In this document: positions 46,317 through 62,330 of the stretch, piece by piece
Layout: each line of letters opens with the position of its first letter
Numbering within the stretch: the stretch's first letter is position 1
Assembly: GCF_009914755.1 (NCBI RefSeq)
Contig: NC_060927.1
DNA length: 64,000 nucleotides
Direction: 5' to 3' (one strand)
Source: the human T2T-CHM13v2.0 reference genome, Homo sapiens
Notes under the pieces: model-generated
The model's database searches: none
What the model was told of the DNA's origin: nothing
What the model saw: the letters and a program-made list of their open reading frames with translations, nothing else
Made by a program: the position numbers and the translations under genes

Positions 46317-46913
46317 TGTATTAGTGTGCTAGGGCTCCCGTAACAAAGTACCACAAACTAGGTGGCTTACAACAACAGATATTTATTCTCATACAGTTCT
46401 GGAGGCCAGAAGGCCAATCTAAAGGTGTCAGCAGGGCCATGCTTCCTCTGAGACTCTGGGTAGAATCCCTCCTTGCCTCTTCCTAGTTTTAGGTGGTGGC
46501 TGTCGATCTTGGCATTCTTTAGTTTACAACTGAATCACTCCAATCTGTGCCTCTATTATTGTTTGTTTGTTTTTGAGATGGGTCTTGCTCTTTTCACCCA
46601 GGCTGGAGTGCAGTGGTGCAATCATAGCTCACTGCAGCCTCAAACTCCTGGGCTCAAGGGATTCTCCGGGCCGCCTTTATCTTTAAATGGTGGTCTTCCT
46701 CTGAGTCTGTTTGCATATCCACATGGCCTTAATATTATATAAGGACACCAGCCATTGGATTTAGGGCCCATTCTAATCCAGTATGACCTCATCTTAACTT
46801 GATTACATCTTCAAAGACTCTGTTTACACTTAAGGTCACATTCTTAGTCACTGAGGGTTAGAACTTTTTGGATATAACATTTCTTTTTAGAAGACACACC
46901 TCAACCCGTAACA
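46317..46913 (-). mobile_element. MaLR solo LTR (MLT1B/C-like) with an Alu monomer inserted at about 46556-46665
   Basis: tgtattagtgtgctagggctcccgtaacaaagtaccacaaact...tcaacccgtaaca termini. Confidence 0.82.
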
Positions 46914-47216
46914 GATGGAAGTAAAGGTGATCCAAGACTTTAGAAGGAGCCCCTGGATGCAGACCCTTTCAGACAAGGTATAAATGAAAGTATAACCCAG
47001 TGCAGGTGGGGACATCTCCAGGAAGGACTAGGATTAGACAAGCCGAGAGAGGGAGAGGGTGCTCTGGAAAGGTAGTGTGTGTGCCAGGGCATGGAAGCGA
47101 GCAGACCAGCCTGGGGCAGTTAGCAGATTAAGTCAGGGTAGACTTGGGGTTGAGGTTACAATGGTGGGTGGGGGATCTGATTAGAGATGGTCTCTTACAG
47201 GGACTTCATTCTAGAG

Positions 47217-47400
47217 CAGTGAGTCTCAAATCTGAGTGTGCCATGTAATCCCCTACAGGGCTTGCTAAGACCCAGCATGCTGGATCTACACCGACTTTTG
47301 ATTCAGGAGGTCTGGGGTGGGGCCTGGGAACTTGCATTTTAACAAGTTCCACATGATGCTGATCCTGTTGGTCCAGGGACCACACTTGGAGAACTCTCTA
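47217..47400. mobile_element. MER5A hAT-Charlie MITE
   Basis: cagtgagtctcaaa...ttctgattcag-like core, ggggtggggcctgggaacttgcattttaacaag, accacacttggagaac. Confidence 0.8.
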
Positions 47401-47730
47401 GCTACTGAGTGGAACCACTGAAGGTCTAAGGGTTGCAGGTAGGAAGTGACATGTAGATCAGATGACAATCACTAGGATACAGCTGACCACTAAATAGGAG
47501 ATTGACGCCGAGACTATTCTCTTCAAATGCCTGAGAGTATCATCAGGACCAAATGAAATGGAGGAGTGTTCTTTCAAAGTGTGGTGACTTCAGGACCCTG
47601 GAGTTTCTGGTGAATCAGGTTATGATACCTTAGAAAGTGCATGTGGCAGGTCTACCCTCTGCTTCTGCAGGTGCAACTGATAAACTCCATGGTGACACAG
47701 TATGTGCTATTCTTTGAGAAGGAACACTTG

Positions 47731-48028
47731 GGCTGGGCATGGTGGCTCATGCCTGTAATCCCAGCACTTTGGGAGGCCGAGGTGGGGCAGATCACCTGAG
47801 GTCGAGTGTTCGAGACCAGCCTGACCAACATGGAGAAACCCCATCTCTACTAAAAATACGAAATTAGCTGGGCGTGGTGGCGCACACCTGTAATTCCAGC
47901 TACTCGGGAGGCTGAGGCAGAAGAATCACTTGAATCCAGGAGGTGGAGTTTGCGGGTGAGCCGAGATGGCATAATTGCACTCCAGCCTGGGCAACAAGAA
48001 TGAAACTCAAAAAAAAAAAAAAAAAAAA
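47731..48028 (+). mobile_element. AluSp/Sq-like
   Basis: Alu dimer with poly-A; ctgaccaacatggagaaacc diagnostic. Confidence 0.93.
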
Positions 48029-48522
48029 GAGTATCCAGAAGGAACACGAAGAAGGCAGTTTGGACTAAAATAATTTTTAAAGAAAATTCCCTCCTTGCTT
48101 CCTGTTAGATGGATAACTACTTTGTTTTATAATGACATTTGTATATGCACCAAGAAGTTAAAACTGTTCATTCTAATAGCACCTCTACAATGTCATGTCC
48201 TGTTTTCAGTGAAAGCTGTTTATACTAAACCACAAAGCTTTGTTTTCATGTTAATGGATCAAAGATTTTTCTTCCAGTAGGTGTCTGCACTATCTTTACA
48301 TTAGGCACTACCCACTTTTTTTGAAATATTGCATAAAATCACCAAAATTGCATAAAGTCAATTTGAAATATTAAAATATTTAAATATTTTCCAATATTTG
48401 AAAGATTGGGTAAAGTCATTGAAATATTGGGTGTGTTAGAAATGAACCCAAGGAACTTGATGAGGGACAGAGAATGGGTATTTATGTATTCTAAGAGCAC
48501 ATTTAAAACATCAAACAATCCT

Positions 48523-48962
<440 letters not shown>

Positions 48963-50177
48963 CTACAGAAAACACTTCCCATTTTTCCCCCTCTCTGCAG
49001 TGTCTGTCATTGGTTGCTAAGCGCTGGTCCTTCCTGTTGTGTTAGTGCCGGTTGTGACAACGTTAATTTCCTGTTCTCAGGCTGGCAGTGGGTGGGTGGG
49101 GACGAGCTCACAGGTAATTCCAGTCTCCCTCCACGCATCTTGGGACTCACTGGTCTAACAGACTCAGCTCCTAAATGTCGCCTCCAGCATTCACATTTGA
49201 TAAGAAAACATAAATGTCAGGCTATTCCAGTAAAAGCAAACTTCGTCATTTTATAAGGTTACTTTTATGAGTCAGGCTTGGTTGGAGATAAGTAAACAAC
49301 TCATTTGTGCATAGAAATTGCTGTGCTATCCTTATGTTCCAGATGGAGACAGCATCAGTATATTATATTATACCCTGGAATCATTTTATTGCATTTTCCT
49401 TCTCTCGGGCAAGGCCAGATAAAGCAAATACAGTTTATGGAACAGAAGTCAGTTACCTTCTGATCAGGCCCAGGCAGTGGGGCCCAAGGAGCTCTTTGCG
49501 TGCGAATGCTTTGCTTTCTCAGGCTAAGTAGCAATGGAGAGGAAAGCCAGAATACTGTGTGTCCTCTCTCTCAGCCAACCCTGGGTCCCACGTTCTTGAT
49601 TTGGGGTAGGAAGCGAGTGGAAGTGGCCAGAGGCAGCTGCCCCCTCCAGGTCCCCTCTGGCCTCAGGTGGGGATAATCAGAAAAGGCTGGTTGAGAGCAG
49701 GACATGAGGCTTCAGGTCTCCTTTTCTCCTGCTGGGAGCAATGGGAATGGGCTGGGTCCTGGCCTGTCTCCCTGTTCCAGGTGCCTCAGTGATTTCAGCA
49801 CCCTTCCAGCTACCTTCATTTAATTTAACAAATATCTAATATTTGTCTCTAGCAGGCCATGTGCTAGTGCAATGAAGGAGATAGAGACATGATATAATAC
49901 CTTGCGCCCTGTAGAAGCTGACCGTCTCGTTTGGGATAGGCAAGCACATGGGCAGAGTGGAAAGAAAATTGGCTGTTCAGGAGCTTTGACAAAGCAGCCT
50001 ATGGTCGAGTACTGAGCTAGAGAGGAGAGGGCAGGTGGGTTCACATGTGAGGTTAGCAAGGCTGCAGAGGTCAGCAAGACAGGAGGTGGGAGCAAGAGCT
50101 GCATTTTCTGGGTACCGGCATATGTCGGGCAGAATGGTAAATATTTGCAGGAGCTCACAGCCAGCCTGGACACGGGG

Positions 50178-50645
50178 TGTGGTAGGCTGAATAATGCCCC
50201 CCCACAGCCCTTGCCCGAAGATGTCCACTGCCTAATCCCTGGCATCTGTGACTATGTTATTTTACATGGCAAAAAGGATTTTGCCAATGTGATTAAGGAT
50301 CTTGAGATGGGATTATCCTGGATTATTCCTGTGGGCACAATGTAATCACAAGGGTCCTATGAGAAGCAGACAGTAGTGTCATAATCAGAAGATGCTATGC
50401 TGTTTGCTTTGATGGAGGATGGAGTCATGAGCCAAGGAGCACAGGTGGTCTCTAGAAGCCGGAAATGGATTCTCCTCTAGAGCCTCCAGAAGGAACAAAG
50501 CCCTGCAGACACCTTAATTTTGGCCCAGGGAGACCCATTTCAGGCTTCTACCCTCCAGAACCATAAGTGAGTAAGTTTGTGTTGTTTTAACTCACTAAAT
50601 CTGAGGTCATTTGTTATAGCAGCAATAGGACACAATACCAATACA
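50178..50645 (+). mobile_element. MaLR solo LTR (MLT1D-like)
   Basis: tgtggtaggctgaataatg start and ...gcagcaatagga...aataca end. Confidence 0.82.
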
Positions 50646-50746
50646 GAATTACTGTGATCCTTAATGTCATGTTCTGTGTGGGCATGTGCCCTTGGGATGA
50701 CCACGGATCACATACATCCTATACACAGCCATGGTACAAGACTCCC

Positions 50747-51064
<318 letters not shown>

Positions 51065-51624
51065 TGATTTTTCTGGCTAGGGACATCCTGAACAACCATA
51101 GCAAGTCAGCCAGAGTGGATTTGTTATGGCTACTGTCTCCAGCCACTGTGGGACTATCTCTGTGAAACATTCTTCAACTGAGGCACCATCCAAAAAGGCA
51201 AATAAATGCCGAGGTCACATAAGTGTCATACATCTCTGGGGCGATACACTGCTTAACAGCAAGTGAGATCAAGTTTCAGGTTGGATTTGGGCGAGTGTGT
51301 GTGTATGTATAACCTTCCATGCCTCACAATGTCAGTCGTTGTGGGCTGATTATTTACATGCAGTCTCCAGCAGAACAACCTAGGTCCTTAAAGGATGAGT
51401 CTGCAGCCAAGCCAGACTTCTGGCAGTTAACAGTCATGACCCACCACTGCCGGTCTTGATGTGGGACATTACTAATGCTCTGTGATTACATGCATCCTTG
51501 GCTATGACTCCACATGTGGAAAGCCAAGTGGAAAATGTCGTGGGCTGGTAAAAAAAAAATTGTGGTTTAAAAACAATTTATTATAAAATGGTAAAAAAAA
51601 CATTCCTACTGGCTAGCTCATCCG

Positions 51625-51820
51625 GGTGTAGTTAGCTTAGGAGATTGAGGCAAAGTGCCAAGGAGGTCAAAGTCAAAGCTTTAACCCCGGGACCTAGTGG
51701 CCTTTCTCACCCCATGCTAGACCCAGACTCTGCGATCAGAGTCTGCAGACCGGATGGCTGCTGTGGTGGGTGATGGGGTGGAGACCGTAGGCACATCTGT
51801 GCTATTTCAGCACAAACATT
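51625..51820 (+). mobile_element. Possible ancient tRNA-derived SINE remnant (MamSINE1-like)
   Basis: gttagcttaggagattgaggcaaagtgccaaggaggtcaaagtcaaagctttaacccc aligns loosely, by eye, with a tRNA-like head. Confidence 0.35.
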
Positions 51821-52002
51821 GCCTGGAAGGAGAGATTCCTGCCTGTCTCTTCTGTGCTTTCAGAATTGTTATGTTTCATCCTTAGGGCAGTGTGAGGGCA
51901 CTGAAGAGATCCTAGTTTATCTTGCAAATATCCCCCTCCCTGCTGTTCTTTCCTAATGCCTATAAAAGCCCTTAGGAGCTTTCCTTACATGAAAATTAAG
52001 AC

Positions 52003-52076
52003 TAGTTCACTTGAGTATTTTATTACTTATCTTCTCCCTTAGTTCACTTGAGTATTTTATTACTTATCTTCTCCCT
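52003..52076. repeat. Perfect 37-bp tandem duplication
   Basis: tagttcacttgagtattttattacttatcttctccct at 52003-52039 and again at 52040-52076. Confidence 0.95.
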
Positions 52077-52714
52077 CTATGTTCATTGCAGCCTTTTTAA
52101 TTCTCCAGTTTTTGTTTCAATGGACAATTTAATGTTTTGCTTTCCTAGTCTCCTGAATCACCTCAAAATTATTGACATTAATGGAGAGAAGACCTCAAGA
52201 GCAGTAATTAAATTATGTTGTATTAATGTGCTTTATAGATTGAGAAATCACAAAGGAATAAAGGTTTTCATAGTAGAGTAAGTGCTCTCCTAACTGCCTT
52301 GTGGCCTAGTGGACAGGGCTCCATGCTTGCTGTCAGACCCACGGTGGACTGAACCCCCGAGCACGGGCTCCTGCCTAGTGGCCTATATGGGCCTGGCCTG
52401 ATGCTTACCCAAAGCCAGCTGCTTTGCTCCCAAACTTGCATATATCAGATGTACTTAGTACCTCATTACATAAGTAAATATTCTGTAAACTGGTGAAGAG
52501 CGGGTACAAACAAAGATGTCATGTCCATGAAGTCAAGTTAAATGCTTTAGAAATTTAGCTGTTGAATTGGTGTTAATAAGCTGAGATTAGGCAAGGAAAA
52601 GTAAAAGCAGAGGGTTGTTCAGCATATTCTTTGAGAGCTCATTCCACCATAAGTAAACAAAAATGGAAACCACAAACGATTCCCCATGGGTGTGTTTTCT
52701 TGCTAGAAAGACTG

Positions 52715-53123
52715 TGATATGATTTGGATGTTTGTCCTCTTCAAATCTCATGTTGAAATGTGCTTTCCAATTTGGAGATGAGGGGGCCCTGGTGGGAGGT
52801 GACTGGATTATGGAGGTGGGTCCTTCATGAATGGTTTGGCACCCTCCCCTTGGTGATACGTGAATTCTTGCTCTGAGATCTGGTTGTTTGAGGGTGTGGC
52901 AGCTCCCCACTTGCTCTCTTGCTCCCGTTCTTGCCATGTGACATGCTGGCTCCCTGTTGCCCTCTGCCATGATTGTAAGCTCCTTGAGGCCTCTCCAGAA
53001 GCGGATGCCAGCACCACACTTCCTGGGGAGCCTGCAAAACCATGAGCCAATCAAAGCTCTTTTCTTTATAAATTACCCAGTCTCAGATATTCCTTTATAA
53101 CAATGTAAGAAATGACCAGTGCA
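52715..53123 (+). mobile_element. MaLR solo LTR (MSTA/MSTB-like) with 5-bp target-site duplication
   Basis: tgatatgatttggatgtttgtcc start, ataaattacccagtctcag end motif; gactg on both sides. Confidence 0.88.
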
Positions 53124-53863
53124 GACTGGAAGGAGCTCCAGTTAAATGGCCTTGGCCCTATATCAAAAGATAGATGATAAATGTACACTTACAGATTTTA
53201 TTTTAAATAGAAGCAATTAAGATATGGGCATAGCTCCCCTCTCCCCATATGCTTTGATCAAGTGTTTAAAGTATGTTTCCAACCACTGGTCTTGGCCTGG
53301 TCAGAGGGTGTTTTGTTTAAGTGGCCAATTCCTAAACAATAGTGGATTCCAGAATGGGTTGACTTTCTTACAGAGTGTGTGCACTTGAAGATTTCAGCTA
53401 GTCTCTCAAAATGTTAGTAAAAGGCCGGCCTCTCACCAAATGCTCCACGCAGAGCCAGTGGTCCCAGAACTTGCTGAGTGGCAAGAGGAGACTTGTCTTC
53501 AAGTAAGGGACAGCCTTGAATAGTCAGGAGCGGGGCAAACATTGTGGGGATGATCCAGGAAACCCTGGGAAGCATAAGATCGCTCAGCACCATCCAAAAT
53601 CTCCCACCACTCCAACTGTGGGTCCTGAGCCTATGCCATGTAATACTAGAAAAGTAAAAGCCTCATTGGTTATGGAAAGGTAGTGTAAGGCCAGGTAAGA
53701 AAGGCATCAGGTGGGGGCAGTGAGGGAACACAAATCGTGGTCTGTGATTTCGCCTACAATTAGCAACAAAACAAAACAACACTTCCTCCACTCCACTCCA
53801 CCCACCTCCAGCTAGCACTTAGTTCTTCCTTGAATTTACTACCACAGCTATTGCTGCATTTCA

Positions 53864-53877
53864 CCACCAGAGGGCAA
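53864..53877 (+). promoter_or_regulatory. CTCF-binding motif
   Basis: CCACCAGAGGGCAA closely matches the CTCF core CCASYAGRKGGCRS; lies in apparently unique sequence of RARRES1 intron 1. Confidence 0.65.
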
Positions 53878-54197
53878 CAGTATTTTTAAAATGAAAGATA
53901 ACTTGACGCGCCAACAGCTCACAGAATCAAAGAATTTCAGCGCGAGAAGAGGTCTTAAACATCATTTAGTCTAAAGGCTTTCAAAACTTTTTAAAGCTGC
54001 AGCCCACAGCAAGAACTGAATTTCTCATTATGACCTAGGTCATACATATATATCTGAAACACATTTGGAGACACTACTTACCCTTGCTTTCGCAATACAC
54101 TCTAATCGTTTGTAGTCTATACTATTTCGTTTAAAAAAAAAAAAAACCGGATCCCACACTAAATTGGCTTTATAACCCTAGTGAGCCCTTAGTTTGA

Positions 54198-54770
<573 letters not shown>

Positions 54771-55194
54771 TGACTGCTCTTATAATGGAGGCAGGAATTT
54801 CTTATGACTACACTGAAAGCTCCATGTAGGTGTGTCTACACTCTTCACTCAGGCAGTGGAGTGCTTCAAAACTGAGGGAATCTCAAAGAGGCCTTCCCTA
54901 ATGACCCTATGCTAAATATGAATTAGGCCACACTTCTAGCCCAGTTCCTGGCACAGAGTAAGCATTCAATACATAGCTAATGGATGAACAGACTACCCCT
55001 GAACTCACATTTTTATACTTTCTAATTGGCACTCATATCTTATATGACTCCTTAGACCACCTGACATTGTTGGCAGAACATGAATTATTTCCATTCCAAA
55101 CAGGGAAATAGCCAGAAAAGACTTAAATAACCTTTCCCAAAGCCATTGGACTAAATGATGTTTAAGACCTCTTTAAGATTTATGTAACTTATAT

Positions 55195-55247
55195 AAAATT
55201 CCCAGCCCCTGCATCCTCACTGGAGCAATGCAGGGGCTGGGAATTTT
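55195..55247. repeat. Perfect 20-bp inverted repeat with 13-nt spacer
   Basis: aaaattcccagcccctgcat (55195-55214) and atgcaggggctgggaatttt (55228-55247). Confidence 0.95.
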
Positions 55248-55354
55248 TACTTTATTCACTCGGGTTTTGAGAGCTAGTTTGATTATTTTATGAAGGATGT
55301 CAAATATCTTATTTTATTTTCAAGGGGGTGACTAAGTGCATGATAATGCAAGTT

Positions 55355-55672
55355 ATTTTATTATTCCTTTATTTATTTATTTATTTATTTGAGACGGAGT
55401 CTCGCTCTGTTGCCCAGGCTGGAGTGCAGTGGCACCATCTTGGCTCACTGCAACCTCTGCCTCCCGGGTTCAAGCAATTCTCTATCTCAGCCTCCCGAGT
55501 AGCTGGGATTACAGGTGCCTGCCACCATGCCCGGCTAATTTCTTTTTGTATTTTTAGTAGAGAAGGGGTTTCACTATCTTGGCCAGGCTGGTCTTGAACT
55601 CCTGACCTTGTAATCTGCCCACCTCGGCCTCCCAAAGTGCTGAGATTACAGGCGTGAGCCACCGCGCCCAGC
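55355..55672 (-). mobile_element. AluS
   Basis: Reverse Alu with (TTTA)n tail; tattattcctttt duplication. Confidence 0.93.
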
Positions 55673-55961
55673 CTATTATTCCTTTTTAAAATGGTTTGGA
55701 AGGGGAAAAAAAATCTCTGGGATTGAAAACTGGTGTACCTTAGAAATCTGAGTGAGCTTGGTTTTCTGCAGGGAATCCTGCCCCTGGTAACCAGGGAGCA
55801 AATCCTTAGACGCCCCTTCTTTAGGCTCTGGGCATTGGCTACTACTCTTCTACCTTGATAGAAAGTTCTCAAGGTCCGTTATCTCACTGCTCTGTTGGAC
55901 TAGGAAAACTGAACTTTTTTGTATCTCAGACAGCAAGGATTGTTAAGACAGGTGACAAGAT

Positions 55962-56262
55962 GGCCCGGCACGGTGGCTCATGCCTGTAATCCCAGCACTT
56001 TGGGAGACCCAGGCGGCCAGATCACGAGGTCAGGAGTTCGAGAACAGCCTGCCCAACATGGTGAAACCCTGTCTCTACTAGAAATAGAAAACTTAGCCAG
56101 GCGTGGTGGCACGTGCCTGTAATCCCAGCTACTCAGGAGGCTGAGGCAGGAGAATCGCTTGAACCTGGTAGGCGGAGGTTGCAGTAAGCCGAGATCGCAG
56201 CGCTGCACTCCAGCCTGGGCAACAGAGCAAGACTCTGTCTCAAAAAAAAAAAAAAAAAAAAC
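55962..56262 (+). mobile_element. AluS
   Basis: Alu dimer; aagacaggtgacaaga duplication on both sides. Confidence 0.93.
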
Positions 56263-56288
56263 AAAGACAGGTGACAAGAATAGGTTGC

Positions 56289-56348
56289 TCCTTCCTTCCT
56301 TCCTTCCTTCCTTCCTTCCTTCCTTCCTTCCTTCCTTCCTTCCTTCCT
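56289..56348. repeat. (CCTT)n tetranucleotide repeat
   Basis: About 14 perfect units, running into a CT-rich tract. Confidence 0.95.
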
Positions 56349-56359
56349 CTCTCTCTTTC

Positions 56360-57038
<679 letters not shown>

Positions 57039-57859
57039 TGATTTAATCATTCAATAAATACAGCCGTGCCGGGTACAGGAATAAGTTTTGAAGAACCGAG
57101 GCTGAGCTTCTTGAAGGACTTTCCAATGGTGTTTGCTTCCAGGCGTTTGGCACTGTTAAATGAAAATCCTGCTGCTACACTTTAAAACTCGACCTATTTA
57201 TTAAATACATGCGATACTCAATTCCAGATTCTTTGAGGCCGTGTGTCTGCAGGCTTTGTGGAATATCTGGAGGTTGTAGAAGGAGCAACTTTGCTTTTGG
57301 GACAGACTTAGTGTAGTTCTGTAACTTTTGTAATCTATAGGATGAAGAACGCAAAGTAGCTTCACACATACGAGACAATTCCTACAGTCAATGCCTTGAA
57401 ATCAGCAACCAAACAACGGGTTGCAAAGTTCTCATTCATTCGGTTCATATAGAACACTGGGCTCGGATTCACTCACTTCTAATTAGATCAAATCAGACGC
57501 CAGCATTAGCAGGTTTCTGCCCAGGCCTACGTGTAAATTCCAACCACATTACCCCGAAGCCCTAGCGTGGTGGACTGCAATTAACAAGAGACAGTCGTCC
57601 GCGGTATGGTATGGCTACTGGCTTAGATTTTGGAAATCCCGCCCAAAACTTTGGCTGCAGCCACTAGTAGGGCGCAGGCACAGTAAGCACCCCCATAGCA
57701 ACCAACTCTGGGTACCTCCGGACAAAATTAAATGTTGCCCTTTCAGCCTGTTCCTCAATTTCCCAAAGCATCTCTTTCCCAGGTGTGGGAGCAGTCAAGA
57801 GCGCTGCCCTGTGAAAAACCTATGACCTCATAAATGCTGGAAGGAACGAGCCAGATTTC

Positions 57860-59500
<1,641 letters not shown>

Positions 59501-60559
59501 GGCAACTCTTTTTAGACAGGTGGCAGTGAAGGGCTAAGATAGCCATTGTTTTTAAACCGTAGGCAAGAGAAAAAGTCCTGGAGAACCAGGGCTGAGAGAG
59601 GAGAACTGGTACTGCTAGGCACTCCCAACATCCATTTCTCCATCCTGCATTTTGTTCAGGGGTCTACCCCTGCACCAAACGTGGACCCCAGTGCCATTGT
59701 GGGGCTAAAGGAAATCTCTTTTTGCCAGTGGGTGGTTGAGAGTGGGCATGTGCCAGTTCTGCATGGTGAGCAAAGCCTGTGGGTTGATGGGCGTGGTGCC
59801 ATCTCTGGAAAGATCCTGTCTTACTGCACTTCTTCCTCTGGCTGTTGTCTGTCCCTTGTCTGTCTTTCCTTCCTTCTGCAGATAATTGTGAAACACCTGT
59901 GCCAGGCCCTGGGGGAATGAGGGTGAACAATCTTAAACATCTCTGCCTTCCTGGAGCACACCTTCTAGGCAAGTGGGGCCCGGACACTCAGTGAGGCCAA
60001 GGGAATGTGTGCTATATTGGATGAAGTTACATGCCAGGGAGAAAAATTAAGCCAGAAAAAGAAATGGGGAGTTGGGAGGTGGTTAATCTTAAAAGGTGTG
60101 GTCAGGGCAGGCCTCTCTCGGGAGGTAATATTTGGGTGAGGACCTGAAGGAGGCAGAGCCAAGTGGACATGTATGCAAAAGCACTGTAGGCAGAGGGAAC
60201 GCAAGTGCAGAGGCTAGGGCAGGAGCCTATCTGGCATGTTTGAAGAAAAGCAAGAAAATCCAGCTGGAGGGAGAAGCCAAGGGGGAGAGTGCAGGCCCTC
60301 GATAGGCCCCAGTTAGGTCTGGCTGTGCTGCCCAGAAGCATGCCTCTGTCTTGCTGGCTGCCTGAGAATGAAGCCCATTTCAAGAGTGGCAGAGCAGAGA
60401 GAGGGGAGGGCCCTGGGTTCCTGATGGCATTGTTGAACACAGGAATCAGCGGATCCTGGAGTTTATTTCTTATTATTTCACTTCCCTGAAGCTGGAGTTG
60501 CTGTTTCTTGCCCTCAGAGGCAAGCCTAGCACAGGTAATCACCTCCCAGAACCCAGTCA

Positions 60560-60912
60560 TCTCCCCATAGTTTGTTTTGTGCTGCAATAATAGAATACCT
60601 GAGACTGGGTAATTTATAAAGAACAGATATCTGTTTCTCACAGTTCTGGAGGTTGGAAGTCCAAGATCCAGGCACCAACAGGCTTGGTGTCTGGTGGGGT
60701 CTTAGCTCTGTCTCTGCTTCCAAAATGGGGCTTTGCGTGCTTCATCCTATGAAGGGGAGGAACGCTGTGTCCTCACATGCTGGAAGAGTGAGAGAGTACC
60801 CACTCTTATGACCTAAACACCTCACTCTAGGCCCCACCTCCCAACATTCTTGCACTGGGAATTGAGTTTCAACATGAATTTTGGAGGGGACAAAAACACC
60901 CAAACTATAGCA
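60560..60912 (-). mobile_element. MaLR solo LTR (MSTC/MSTD-like)
   Basis: aatacctgagactgggtaatttataaagaacaga...caaactatagca. Confidence 0.8.
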
Positions 60913-60989
60913 CCCTCCAAGAGGTTATAGTAGCAGGCTTTTTGAGAATTGATCACTTCCAGGTGATTTTACTTCAGTGCTTTGTTCCC

Positions 60990-62330
60990 TGTGAGTATGT
61001 TAGATTGCTTTCAACTGTATGTAATGGAAAACCCGATTAACAGTGTGGACCATTTATTGGTTTGGAGTGGGAGATCTCAGTGAGTTTCTGAAAGACCCAG
61101 GCTCTCTCCATCCTTCTGCACAGCCATCCTCAGCTGGTTGGCTTTTTGTCCATGCACTTGTAGTTTCCTGGTTATAGAATGGCTGCCACAGCTCCAGACA
61201 GCACATCTTCACATGCTGCAGCCAAAGGCAGGTAGCAGGGAATAGGTTGCCAGAGTGGAAAGAGAGCTGGACATTGTGCACCTGTTTGTTTTTTGCATCA
61301 GGAAGAAATATCTTTTCCAGAACCTCCTGCCTACACCTTTCTTCCCCCCAAGACCTTCCTTTATACCTCCTCAGCCAGATCTGGGTTACACTGGCAAAGC
61401 CTAGCTGCAAGGGAGGCTGGCAAACTGAGTGTCTGTCGTTTTTCAGAGTCAATGGTCTGGTCTGTAAACTAGGATTAAATTTAACTGCATGGAATAAACA
61501 CCCGAATGACATTGGCTTAAACAGGAGAGGAACTTATTTCTCAAAAGAAGTTGTGGGGTAATGGTGGGATGGTAGACAATCTGCGGTTGGTATTGGCAGA
61601 TCCATGAGGTTGTTAGAGGTCCAGGCCTTTTCCAGATCTCTGCTCCCACATCCTGAGGATGTACCCCTTGCCCTCAGGGTCCACGATGGACACTAGCCAT
61701 CAGCAGGACTCCCTTTATGGATTTCCTAGAAGTCTCACAGGGCACTTGTGCCCTGTATCTTATTGGCAAGAACTTGGTTGCAAAGGAAGCTGGGAAATGT
61801 AGTTTTTATTCACGGTGGCCATATGCCAAAATAAAACTCAGGATTTTGTTACTGAGGAAGAAGATTGTGTCTTACGTTGGGTTTCCTAGAAGCAGGCCCA
61901 GAAACAAAGATTGTTCCTAAAAGAAATGCTCCGAGCAGAATTCAGTAAGGAGCTAGAAGAAGGATAGCCATGCAAGGATCTCAGACAGTTATATGACAGG
62001 TAGGTTCAGCCTGACCTGAAGGGGAGCTCTCAACTGTAAACAATGCCTCTGAGATGTCCCTGCCCCAGGCAGGGTATCTGGGCTTCCATTCTTCTATGCC
62101 TGTCAGCCACTGGCTAAGAGCCACCCTCGTTGATAACCCAGGTACTTCAGTCTTTCTATAGGTGGGCACAAAAGGGCAGTAGCACAAGAACAGCCCTCCC
62201 AGAAGAGCTGCAGGAGCCTTAGGTCAGAAGCAAAAGCATGCCAAGTGGAAGGGGCAGACTCAGAGAAAGGGATCTGGGAATCTGCAGAGCCCCAGTGGGG
62301 TCCCTGCAGGGATAATGCCTAGTGGGAAGG
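60990..62330. mobile_element. Cluster of old ERVL/MaLR LTR fragments
   Basis: MLT1-like motifs (aaagacccaggctc, atggctgccacagctccag, gcaaaggaagctgggaaatgtag) and an LTR33/41-like start tgtcttacgttgggtttcctagaagcag. Confidence 0.55.

Noticed and set aside
51212-51228. DR5-like AGGTCA-cataa-GTGTCA
   Set aside because: The second half-site deviates from RGKTCA; matches of this quality are expected by chance in 64 kb.
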